This document shows positions 1-8,578 of a DNA stretch of 64,000 nucleotides, one piece after another. The stretch's first letter is position 1, and every line of letters starts with the position of its first letter. Origin of the DNA: an uncultured Methanosarcinales archaeon. Its GTDB lineage: Archaea; Nanobdellota; Nanobdellia; Woesearchaeales; GW2011-AR9. The stretch is taken from contig CAZWBB010000002.1 of NCBI GenBank assembly GCA_964632045.1, positions 12,907 through 76,906 of the forward strand. The letters are read 5' to 3'. Under the pieces are notes generated by a model. The model was not told where the DNA came from, did no database searches, and worked only from the letters and a program-made list of their open reading frames with translations. A program made the position numbers and the translations under genes.

Positions 1-609
1 CCCACTTTCATCCGGGACGTAAATTATCTGGTAGAAATCGTCTGCCAGTACAGTCTCCATACCTCCTACATCTGGTCTGAATTGGGTGGCAAGTGATTTG
101 TCATTGCTTCTAAAAGCGTATACTTTTTGGCTGCTGGTGACATATATCCACGTCTCACCATTATTATGTTTGAGCAGATCAATATTGGTTTTTCCTTTTC
201 CAATTTCACCCTCTCCAAATACTTTTATTTTCGATAGATTTGGCAAAGAGAATACATTCACTCTCCTTTTTCCTGATTCGGTGACATAGAGCCTGTCAAC
301 TTCCTGATCTACAACAACGCCATTTACAGTTGAAGGAAACGTTATTTTGGGAAGTTCGTTCTCCTGGAAAGGGTATTTCCACACCTCCAGCAGATTATTG
401 TCTTTTGCAGTCACGAATAGTAAAGTCTCATTTAGGTTTGGTGCTTCCCAGATAGCAAGGGAATCTATGTTGACTCCCCTGCCTTGTAGTTCAAATGCTG
501 GGGCGACGGTAATGCTGGTCGAATTGTTGCAGCCAAGTATGAAAAGTAGGGATAATGTCAGAAAGATGGAGAAGGTGAGATTTTTTTGGTATGGGTATTT
601 TGTGTACAT
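1..609 (-). CDS. Secreted beta-propeller lipoprotein, phytase-like (3' end truncated by window edge)
   Basis: Not in ORF track; I translated 203 open codons from ATG at 609 (MYTKYPYQKNLTFSIFLTLSLLFILGC...). It has a lipobox-like LILGC-type signal (FILGC), IDSLAIWE...LLFVTAK resembling the DDPAIW...IGTDK start of beta-propeller phytases, and ETVLADD...IYVPDE resembling EGxVAD...LYxAEE. TATA-like TTTATAAC at 633-640. Confidence 0.6.
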   Translation of the reverse strand, partial: MYTKYPYQKNLTFSIFLTLSLLFILGCNNSTSITVAPAFELQGRGVNIDSLAIWEAPNLNETLLFVTAKDNNLLEVWKYPFQENELPKITFPSTVNGVVVDQEVDRLYVTESGKRRVNVFSLPNLSKIKVFGEGEIGKGKTNIDLLKHNNGETWIYVTSSQKVYAFRSNDKSLATQFRPDVGGMETVLADDFYQIIYVPDESG

Positions 610-632
610 TGAGAGCAGGCTATGAGATAGTG

Positions 633-640
633 GTTATAAA
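633..640 (-). promoter_or_regulatory. Archaeal TATA-like box for the phytase-like gene
   Basis: TTTATAAC on the minus strand about 24 nt upstream of ATG 609. Confidence 0.5.
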
Positions 641-665
641 TCTTATATCCTTTGCTCACATAAAC

Positions 666-673
666 TTTTTAAA
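666..673 (+). promoter_or_regulatory. Archaeal TATA-like box for aglB
   Basis: TTTTTAAA 25-30 nt upstream of the start (GTG 698 / ATG 704). Confidence 0.55.
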
Positions 674-697
674 CAGACCTCAATTCACCTGCAAAAG

Positions 698-3622
698 GTG
701 CTTATGGTGGTTGAGGGAAGTGAAAAGAGAATTGATGAAGAGGATGAAATAGCTATTGATTTTTCTAAGATAAAAAAGAATCTGAGAAGTATTTTTAGTA
801 AAAGGAAAACCGGCCAGGAAGACAAGGGCCACCATTCAGACGAAGATACTAGTTCGGAAGATGATGTTTCAGTTGATATCACAAAAGCTACCTCTTTCGC
901 AAAGGAAAATGCAAAGTGGTTAATCCCTCTTCTATTCATCTTGCTGGCCATTGGAGTATCGACTTACTTCAGGATGATGCCCTCTCATCTGCCGATTACT
1001 GATGGCTGGGCAGAGAATACAGTCTCTGATTTCTATAGGAGCAACATTGTTAATCAAATTAACCAGCAATATCCGCACCTTCCAGAACAAAACCGTAATG
1101 TTCTCGTCCAGAAAGAGTGGGATAAGTTCCTGGAGCAGAATCAGGAACAGATTGACAGGGATATTAGTCAGCTGTCACAACAATATAAGACACAATTCCA
1201 GGATGAGAATGGAGATACATATCTTTTGGCGATTGATCCCTATCTTTGGTGGAGTCAGGCCAGGAATGTTGTCCGGCATGGACATCAGGGTGACAAGTTT
1301 GTTGATGGAGAATCTCGTTTCTCTTTACGTGACGGAAGGCTGGACAAAGGGTCCACTTTTCAATTGCATCCTTATTTTGCTGCTTACCTGTACAAGTTTC
1401 TTCGCATTTTTGACAGAAACATCTCCTTGATGCGAGCTTTGTTTCTGCTGCCAGCCATAATTATTGGCTTGTCGCTTATTCCAGCTTTCTTTATCGGACG
1501 TAGGATAAGCGGGAACGTTGGAGGTCTTTTTGCGGCAGTGTTCCTGGCTATCAACGGTCCACTGTTGAGCAGGACTCCTGCAGGATTTGCTGATACTGAT
1601 CCTTACAACATCCTGATGCCGCTGCTCATCTTCTGGCTTGCATTAGAAGCTTATTGCTCGGAAAAGAACGGCCTTCGATGGCTCTTATCAGCAGCTTCTG
1701 GGTTTCTGGTGGGCGTATATTCTGCCCTCTGGACCTATTCCTATATTTTCTTCTTCGTAATTATCACAATTGTTGGGAGTTTGTTCTTGTCGCTGCTTGT
1801 TACGTTGTACAAGACTAAATTCAAATTCAGTGTGAGCCTGATTAAGAGAATCGGTCTATGGGAAAGCATGTTAATTCTGATAACCTTTTTTGTTAGTTCC
1901 ACAGTTTTTGTCACTGTGTTCAGAGATTTTGCTGCTTTTCAGCGCAGTTTCAGCAGAATCATCCGTTTTACTGCTCTTAAAGAAGTGGGGATAAAAAATA
2001 TTTGGCCTAATGTCCTGACTACCGTCGCAGAGTTTAACACAAGCCCATTTTCTAGTATTGTTGATCAGATGGGCGGAAACCTCTTTTTTGTGATAGCTTT
2101 ATTGGGGGTTGTCATAGCTTTGTTCAGACGTGATAGGAAAGGGAGAAATGATTTTGCCTTTTTTTGTTTCTTAACCGTCTGGTTTGTAGGAAGTGCTTAT
2201 GCTTTTACCAAAGGGATGAGGTTTTCTATTTTGATGGCGCCACCTTTTGCTATCGCTCTTGGTTCGGCTTTTGGCTGGGCTTATGGAAAGCTGAGCCTTT
2301 GGATAAACAAAGGGGTCAAGCTTAATCTGCGTATCAGTCAAGCCCTGGTTATTGGAGTAATGGCCATGTTCTTGATAAGTCCTTTCACAACAGCTGGAGG
2401 GATTGCCAGGAATGAGGTTCCAACCATGAATGATGCCTGGTATGATGCCCTGATTAAGATACGTAATGATGGTACTGATGGGATAATCACAAGTTGGTGG
2501 GACTTTGGCCATTGGTTCCAGTCAATCTCAGAAAGGAGGGTCACTTTTGACGGTGGTGATCAAGGACAAAGGATTCACTGGGTTGGTCGTACTTTGCTTA
2601 CTGATGATGAGGCGCAGGCCGTGGGAATTCTGAGAATGCTCAACTGCGTCCAGGAGACAGCTCCAAAAAAATTGGATGAATTCACGGGGGACAGCTTGAA
2701 GTCGGTCCAGATACTCTACCAAGTTTTTCCGATCTCTGATAGAAGTAATGCATACCAGAAGTACAGAGAACTGGGATTAAGCAAAGAGCAAGCTGCCATT
2801 ATGCTTGATTACACCCACTGTGAGAATCTTATTCCAAATTATTACATCACTTCTGAGGATATGGTAGGTAAAGCAGGGGTGTGGGGTCATTTTGGCAGCT
2901 GGGACTTTGAGAAAGCTACTATGTATCAGACAACAAAGAAACTTCCCCGAGCCGAGGCTGTCGCTTACCTGACTGAAAATTTTGGGCTTACAGAGGAGCA
3001 AGCAGACAGCATTCACAATGAAATTCAAGCTACTAAAGGAGACCGGTGGATTGCTCCCTGGCCTGGATACGGTTCAGGTTTCAAAGGCTGTGAGAAGCTC
3101 TCTGATGAGGATATTCGGTGCGTAAATTTCCTGCAGGGCAAACCTATTTCCATTAGGATAAACCTGAATTCTATGACTGCTGAAGTGGAAGGGAGTCAGG
3201 GTATTGTTCCGGACACGTTGGTATATGCTACTTTGGAGGGTATGCAGAAGAAAGAACTGGAAGGGAAACATCTTGGAATCTCAGCAGTAATTGCACCAGC
3301 TGGAGACAGTTATAAGCTAATGCTGACTGACCCTTTACATGCAGCAGGAACATTTACAAAACTTTTCTTCCTGGAAGGGCATGGCATGAAATGTTTCAGT
3401 AAATTTGACGATCGCAGAGCAATCAATACTGGAAGAATAATCACCTGGAAGGTAGATTATGAATGTCAGCAGGGAAACAATGTTTTCTTCCAGGAACCTG
3501 AAACTGTACCAAGCATAGGAGAATCCAGGGATGAGACTACTGAACCTGAAGATGATCCGACTGGAATGGGGGATGAAACAACGGAACCTGGAGATGGTAC
3601 AACTGAAACTGGTATTCCATAA
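698..3622 (+). CDS. aglB: Oligosaccharyltransferase AglB (STT3 family)
   Basis: DPY motif in the first external loop, DTD, TVAE, multiple TM helices, WWDFG catalytic motif, DK-type motif (EDMVGK). Acidic N- and C-terminal tails. Confidence 0.95.
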   Translation: MLMVVEGSEKRIDEEDEIAIDFSKIKKNLRSIFSKRKTGQEDKGHHSDEDTSSEDDVSVDITKATSFAKENAKWLIPLLFILLAIGVSTYFRMMPSHLPITDGWAENTVSDFYRSNIVNQINQQYPHLPEQNRNVLVQKEWDKFLEQNQEQIDRDISQLSQQYKTQFQDENGDTYLLAIDPYLWWSQARNVVRHGHQGDKFVDGESRFSLRDGRLDKGSTFQLHPYFAAYLYKFLRIFDRNISLMRALFLLPAIIIGLSLIPAFFIGRRISGNVGGLFAAVFLAINGPLLSRTPAGFADTDPYNILMPLLIFWLALEAYCSEKNGLRWLLSAASGFLVGVYSALWTYSYIFFFVIITIVGSLFLSLLVTLYKTKFKFSVSLIKRIGLWESMLILITFFVSSTVFVTVFRDFAAFQRSFSRIIRFTALKEVGIKNIWPNVLTTVAEFNTSPFSSIVDQMGGNLFFVIALLGVVIALFRRDRKGRNDFAFFCFLTVWFVGSAYAFTKGMRFSILMAPPFAIALGSAFGWAYGKLSLWINKGVKLNLRISQALVIGVMAMFLISPFTTAGGIARNEVPTMNDAWYDALIKIRNDGTDGIITSWWDFGHWFQSISERRVTFDGGDQGQRIHWVGRTLLTDDEAQAVGILRMLNCVQETAPKKLDEFTGDSLKSVQILYQVFPISDRSNAYQKYRELGLSKEQAAIMLDYTHCENLIPNYYITSEDMVGKAGVWGHFGSWDFEKATMYQTTKKLPRAEAVAYLTENFGLTEEQADSIHNEIQATKGDRWIAPWPGYGSGFKGCEKLSDEDIRCVNFLQGKPISIRINLNSMTAEVEGSQGIVPDTLVYATLEGMQKKELEGKHLGISAVIAPAGDSYKLMLTDPLHAAGTFTKLFFLEGHGMKCFSKFDDRRAINTGRIITWKVDYECQQGNNVFFQEPETVPSIGESRDETTEPEDDPTGMGDETTEPGDGTTETGIP

Positions 3623-3624
3623 TT

Positions 3625-3632
3625 TTTATAAA
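3625..3632 (+). promoter_or_regulatory. Archaeal TATA-like box
   Basis: TTTATAAA about 28 nt upstream of ATG 3660. Confidence 0.55.
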
Positions 3633-3659
3633 GCAATTTCTTAGTCCCTTTCTGAAAAG

Positions 3660-4313
3660 ATGAGTAATTATGTAATAATACCTGCCCATAATGAAAGTGA
3701 AAATATTGAGCCAGTTATCACAGCTGCAAAGGAACATTGTGCTAATGTTATCGTAGTTGATGATGGTTCCGTGGATGATACTTTAAGGAGAGCAGAAGAG
3801 AGAGGGGCGGTCGTATTGAGGCATACTGTAAACCTGGGCAAAGGGGCTGCTTTGAAAACAGGTTGTGACTATGCTCTAACATTGGGTGCGGATAAGTTGG
3901 TTGTGATGGATGCAGATGGGCAGCACGAGGCAAAGGAGATTCCAAAATTTCTGGAAGCTTTACAGAATAGGGATATTGTTTTTGGATATCGCAAAAAGTC
4001 AAGTTCAATGCCCTTAGTGCTAAGATTTGGAAATGGGTTCATAAATACTGCTATGAATTCCCTGTTTGGCGTTAAGCTAACAGATACACAATGTGGTTAC
4101 CGGGCTTTCACAGCCGATGCTTACAGAAAGGTTCGCTGGTCAGCAAGCGATTATTACATGGAAACAGAAATGATAATAAAGACAGGGAAGAATCATCTCA
4201 AATACGTTGAAATGCCAACTGAGACGATTTACTCTGACCGATACAAAGGAACAACCGTGATTGACGGGATGAAGATTGTTCTAAGCATTGCACTATGGAG
4301 GTTCTTCAAATGA
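3660..4313 (+). CDS. GT2 polyprenol-phosphate glycosyltransferase (DPM1-like)
   Basis: IPAHNE, VVDDGSVD, NLGKGAAL, MDADGQH, DTQCGYRA motifs. Confidence 0.92.
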   Translation: MSNYVIIPAHNESENIEPVITAAKEHCANVIVVDDGSVDDTLRRAEERGAVVLRHTVNLGKGAALKTGCDYALTLGADKLVVMDADGQHEAKEIPKFLEALQNRDIVFGYRKKSSSMPLVLRFGNGFINTAMNSLFGVKLTDTQCGYRAFTADAYRKVRWSASDYYMETEMIIKTGKNHLKYVEMPTETIYSDRYKGTTVIDGMKIVLSIALWRFFK

Positions 4314-4681
4314 GACTTAGCACTACATTTTGGATACAGCTTCTTGGAATGATATTTGGAGCAGGTATGATGTACTTTACTTATGTGAGGTATAAGAGGA
4401 AAGAGCTGAGCAATTTTGAATTGTTATTATGGTTCTCGGGGTGGGTTGCCCTTATCCTGGTGGCGATTATCCCTTCCATCCTTGATTTTGTCATCGAACC
4501 GCTGAATTTTTATCGAAGGCTTGACTTCTTTGTAGTCTTAGGATTTTTTGTTCTGCTACTACTGGGTTTCTATAATTATGGTTTGGTTAAAGGAATGGAG
4601 AAGAAACTGGAGAAGTTCGTTAGACGTGAGGCGATGAGAAGACATAGGGAAGAAGTGGAAAAAGAGCACGAAATACGATGA
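4310..4681 (+). CDS. DUF2304-like small membrane protein
   Basis: 3 TM helices plus a C-terminal helical tail; typical partner of GT2s. ATG 4310 overlaps the GT2 stop (ATGA), so I prefer it to 4295. Confidence 0.75.
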   Translation: MRLSTTFWIQLLGMIFGAGMMYFTYVRYKRKELSNFELLLWFSGWVALILVAIIPSILDFVIEPLNFYRRLDFFVVLGFFVLLLLGFYNYGLVKGMEKKLEKFVRREAMRRHREEVEKEHEIR

Positions 4682-5829
4682 AAATTCTTTTTATTTGCGA
4701 GAATTATCTCCCGCACTATGGTGGGGCGGAGGTGGTATTCAAGAACCTGGCGGAGAATTTCGTAAAGAAGGATCATAAGGTCTCTCTGATCACCCATCGC
4801 CTTAAAGGAACAAGAGAGAAAGAAAATATTGGGGGGGTAAATGTTCATCGAGTAAATTCGTTCTTTTCCCGTTACATCTTTACATTCTTCTCTATACCTA
4901 AAGCACTTAAGTTGGCTCGGCAGCACGATATAGTTCAGACTACCACATTCAACGGTGCTTTTCCTGCCTGGCTGGCGGCAAAGCTTACCGGTAAACCGGT
5001 AGTACTAACCGTTCATGAAGTATGGGTAGGAAAGTGGAAGCAGGTCACCGGCTTCAATTGGTGGAAGAGTATGATGCACGATCTGTTGGAGAGATGCATC
5101 TATATGCTACCATTTGATAAGTATGTGTGCGTTTCGAATGCGACTAGGAAAGATTTGGCCGGGGTTGGCATCTCCGGAGACCGGGCGGTCACCATACACA
5201 ACGGAATGGATTACCAAGTGTGGGATACAGCTAATTTTAAAGAAGAAAGAATAAAAGAGATTCGGACAAGACTGGGATTAAATGAAAAGTTTGTTTATTT
5301 CTCTTGGGGTCGGCCTGGTGCATCGAAAGGATTTGAGTATGTAATCAAGGCTGTGCCCATAATTAAGATGAAGCTGCCAAATTCGCTTTTTCTCTTAATG
5401 TTGGGCTCTGCAAACAAATACAAAAAGAAATATAATCAGTTGATTAGACTCGTTAAAGAATTAAGGTTGGATGACTCCATAAAAATTATTCCATCAGTTC
5501 CATATGGGGAATTGGGAAATTACCTTTCGGCCGTTGACTGCGTAGTGGTCCCTTCCGTAGCTGAGGGTTTTGGCTACACAACTGTAGAGGCAGTGACTAT
5601 GGGAAAACCGGTAGTAGCAAGCGACGCGGGATCTATTCCGGAAGTCATTGGTGGTAGACATCTTCTGTTCAGGAGTAAGGATGTAATTGGGCTTGCTGAT
5701 GGGGTTGTAAAAGCTGCAAAAGGGGAATGTCGTAAAACTGCCATCAAGCGTTTTGACTGGGAGACGAGTGTACAAAGATATTTGGACATATATTTGGATT
5801 TTTTTGGTAATAATTATGTAACTCAATAA
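4678..5829 (+). CDS. GT4 glycosyltransferase
   Basis: GGAE N-terminus, EGFGYTTVEAVTMGKPVVAS C-terminal motif. Confidence 0.93.
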   Translation: MKILFICENYLPHYGGAEVVFKNLAENFVKKDHKVSLITHRLKGTREKENIGGVNVHRVNSFFSRYIFTFFSIPKALKLARQHDIVQTTTFNGAFPAWLAAKLTGKPVVLTVHEVWVGKWKQVTGFNWWKSMMHDLLERCIYMLPFDKYVCVSNATRKDLAGVGISGDRAVTIHNGMDYQVWDTANFKEERIKEIRTRLGLNEKFVYFSWGRPGASKGFEYVIKAVPIIKMKLPNSLFLLMLGSANKYKKKYNQLIRLVKELRLDDSIKIIPSVPYGELGNYLSAVDCVVVPSVAEGFGYTTVEAVTMGKPVVASDAGSIPEVIGGRHLLFRSKDVIGLADGVVKAAKGECRKTAIKRFDWETSVQRYLDIYLDFFGNNYVTQ

Positions 5830-5885
5830 AAAATAGGTAATTAAGTATCATAAACATTATATACCATATTTGGGAATCCTACTTT

Positions 5886-7109
5886 ATGAATGTTCTTTTT
5901 GTATCCGAGTATTATCCTCCAAAGATAATGGGTGGTGGGGAAATTAACTTGTCTCTTCTAGCTAACTCTCTTGCAGCCAAAGGATTAACTGTTTCTGTGC
6001 TTACTTCTTTCCATAAGGGGTTGAACCGTTATGAAATGAAGAAGGGAGTGCATATTTACCGTAGGCTGAAGACGGGGGCACGTGCAGATGGAATAATTGA
6101 TAATCTGAAACGGAGTCTACTTTTTCCTCAATCAGTGGAAAGAGAAGTGAAGAGGCTTAATCAAGAGATCAAGTTTGATCTGGTACATTTCATTGGTACA
6201 AGCGTTATTGCGGCGGCTGGATTGAAGCAAATTCGGAAACCCTTCTGTGCAACCATTGAAAGTTATCCTTCTCTCTGTCCTAAGGGGGATCGGATATATT
6301 TTGGAAAAAGAGAATGCAGATTCATTTGCTCATTTTCCAGGTTCATAGGATGTCAGGCATCATCAACTGAAATAGGTAAGATGAAGAATAAGTGGTATTT
6401 GAAGTATAATCCTTTATTCCTGATGTTTGTATATCAATATTGTCGTAGGCTTAATTGTGCGTTAAAAGAATGTAACTTGATCGCCATAAGTGAATATGTA
6501 AAGAAAGTATTGCGGCAGCATGGTCTTTCCAGTATGGTGGTAGGTAATGCCATCAATGTGGGAAAGTTTCGACCAGATAAGAAGAAAGAGAGGGGGAATA
6601 AGCCGAAGGTAATCTATCTGGGAAGCATAACAAAGTTCAAAGGTCCTCAAATCCTGCTGAATGCAGTCCGTGGAATCGATTGCAGGTGCGACCTGTATGG
6701 GGAGGGAGAGATGAAAGAGGAGCTGCAAGGGATGATTGACAGATTTTGTCTTGATGCAGAGATTCATCCTCCCGTTCCTTATGAAAAAGTGCCTTGCCTA
6801 TACGCTGGAAGCGACATTGTCGTTTTCCCTTCGATATGGCCGGAACCGTTTGGCAGGATTGCTATAGAAGCGATAGCTGCTGGGAAGCCAGTGATTGGCT
6901 CTGCAATAGGGGGAATTAAGGAGACGATAGCTGCTAGTTCGGGTATCCTTGTAGCACCGGGAAATGTTGAAGAGTTAAGAAAGGCAATCATCGCGGCAAA
7001 TGAAGTGGCCCATAAAGATGGTGGGAAGTATGTAGAGCAGAGATATGGTGAGCAGGTAATCACCAAAAAAATAATTGGATTCTATGAGAAAATACTGAAT
7101 AGTGGATAG
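5886..7109 (+). CDS. GT4 glycosyltransferase
   Basis: MGGGE N-terminus, EPFGRIAIEAIAAGKPVI motif, Cys-rich insert (CPKG...C...C...C). Confidence 0.93.
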   Translation: MNVLFVSEYYPPKIMGGGEINLSLLANSLAAKGLTVSVLTSFHKGLNRYEMKKGVHIYRRLKTGARADGIIDNLKRSLLFPQSVEREVKRLNQEIKFDLVHFIGTSVIAAAGLKQIRKPFCATIESYPSLCPKGDRIYFGKRECRFICSFSRFIGCQASSTEIGKMKNKWYLKYNPLFLMFVYQYCRRLNCALKECNLIAISEYVKKVLRQHGLSSMVVGNAINVGKFRPDKKKERGNKPKVIYLGSITKFKGPQILLNAVRGIDCRCDLYGEGEMKEELQGMIDRFCLDAEIHPPVPYEKVPCLYAGSDIVVFPSIWPEPFGRIAIEAIAAGKPVIGSAIGGIKETIAASSGILVAPGNVEELRKAIIAANEVAHKDGGKYVEQRYGEQVITKKIIGFYEKILNSG

Positions 7110-7117
7110 CTCTCCCA

Positions 7118-8572
7118 TTAATCATCCTGTATCTTCATCTTCGGATTTCCGTAGGGGAGTAGTGGATTAAGCAATTGTAATTTCTGGTCCATGTAAGAAA
7201 TATCTTCCTGGCTGAAGTGTTCTTTATAACCTCCCACTATTCCACGTCTCATCTTGTAGCTCTGTCTATCATTTGGATCCACAGCTTGTAGTCGGTGGTC
7301 TCCTTTGAATCTATTTCCTTTCTCCATAGCCAGCATATTCTTGAATGAGCTGTTTTCAACGGCTTTGTCGATGATTTCGTCGCTTATTGATATCCCTAGA
7401 AAATCTACCACTTTCCGTAATTCACGGCTTGGGTCATTGTGCAAATCTTCGTAAGTGATAAAGACAAAATCATCTTTCCTTTTTTGCATCTCGGCAGTCC
7501 AGAGATTCATGAACCCGATTGCCTGCTTGAGTGTGGATTCTTCTCTAATAAAAGAGGAGATGCCTTTCTGATAACGAAAGTTACGTCGTCTAGTCCATTC
7601 AAAGTAGAATGAGGCCATCACATCGCGTGGGTCCCTGGCCAGAAAGATTATTTTCTTGTTCCTGAACTTTCTCTCGATCTCCAGAGATCTTGGTCTTAAC
7701 TTTTTGCTTATTGCAGTTCTGGGGTCGGTAGCAATGTTGGGAAGGGATTTATCTCCAAGAGTTGTCTTGTAAAGATCAAGGTTTAATTTTGTTCCTTTTT
7801 TGAGGGATATGGTCTGAGCCAGCAACATCCTTATCCAAGTTCGTCCACTTTTTGGGAAGGATATTATATATGCATCAGCAATTTTACTGACAGCATAGTG
7901 ATAGGATTTCTGAACCAGTGCGGCGGTTAATATGCGACTGCGAATTTTTCCAATGGTTTTATTGTTGACTGGAGTTGGGTTATCACTATGCCTTCCCCCA
8001 GACTTTTCATTATGTTTTTTGCTTACAGGTTTCCCGCTTGGGATGACCGTAGACTGATATTGCATGATGTGGGTAAGAATCTGTTGCACATTTTCCTCCT
8101 CTTTATTTGATAGTGTATCAATTTTCAAGTCTGGATTTAAAGGCATTTGGTAAGGATTACTTTCAGAAAGTCCGATGTAATTCTCGATTTCTCCCCTCAG
8201 AGCTTTCTTGTACAGCCCTTTTGGGTCTCTCCGGATACATTCTACTAGTGGGGTGTTTATGAACAGTTCGGTGAACTCTGTACCGATAATTGAACGAGCC
8301 ATCTGTCGGTCCTCTGTATAAGGAGAAATGATAGGGACCAGGATGACATCAAATTCAGCTGATTTTTCTTTTGCCATCTCAGCAATCAACTGGTTGTTCT
8401 TTCTAATATCCTCACGAGAGAATCCAAGAGTTGTATGTAATGTTTCCCTAACCACATCACCATCTATAATCGAAACTCTCTTTCCCTGGTTCTCCAGCCT
8501 TTCCTTCACTTGAAGAGCTAAGGTGGTTTTTCCTGAGCCACTGAGGCCCGTGAACCATACTGTTTGGCCTAT
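7118..8572 (-). CDS. APS kinase (CysC)-sulfotransferase fusion; start non-canonical (ATA 8572) or via readthrough
   Basis: The ORF-track start (GTG 8509) omits the in-frame P-loop GQTVWFTGLSGSGKTT at about 8569-8522. DGDVVR and RDPKGLY are CysC motifs. The C-terminal domain has the sulfotransferase PAPS-binding motifs FPKSGRTW, RDPRDVMAS and RRGIVG. Confidence 0.85.
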   Translation of the reverse strand: MGQTVWFTGLSGSGKTTLALQVKERLENQGKRVSIIDGDVVRETLHTTLGFSREDIRKNNQLIAEMAKEKSAEFDVILVPIISPYTEDRQMARSIIGTEFTELFINTPLVECIRRDPKGLYKKALRGEIENYIGLSESNPYQMPLNPDLKIDTLSNKEEENVQQILTHIMQYQSTVIPSGKPVSKKHNEKSGGRHSDNPTPVNNKTIGKIRSRILTAALVQKSYHYAVSKIADAYIISFPKSGRTWIRMLLAQTISLKKGTKLNLDLYKTTLGDKSLPNIATDPRTAISKKLRPRSLEIERKFRNKKIIFLARDPRDVMASFYFEWTRRRNFRYQKGISSFIREESTLKQAIGFMNLWTAEMQKRKDDFVFITYEDLHNDPSRELRKVVDFLGISISDEIIDKAVENSSFKNMLAMEKGNRFKGDHRLQAVDPNDRQSYKMRRGIVGGYKEHFSQEDISYMDQKLQLLNPLLPYGNPKMKIQDD

Positions 8573-8578
8573 CTTATG

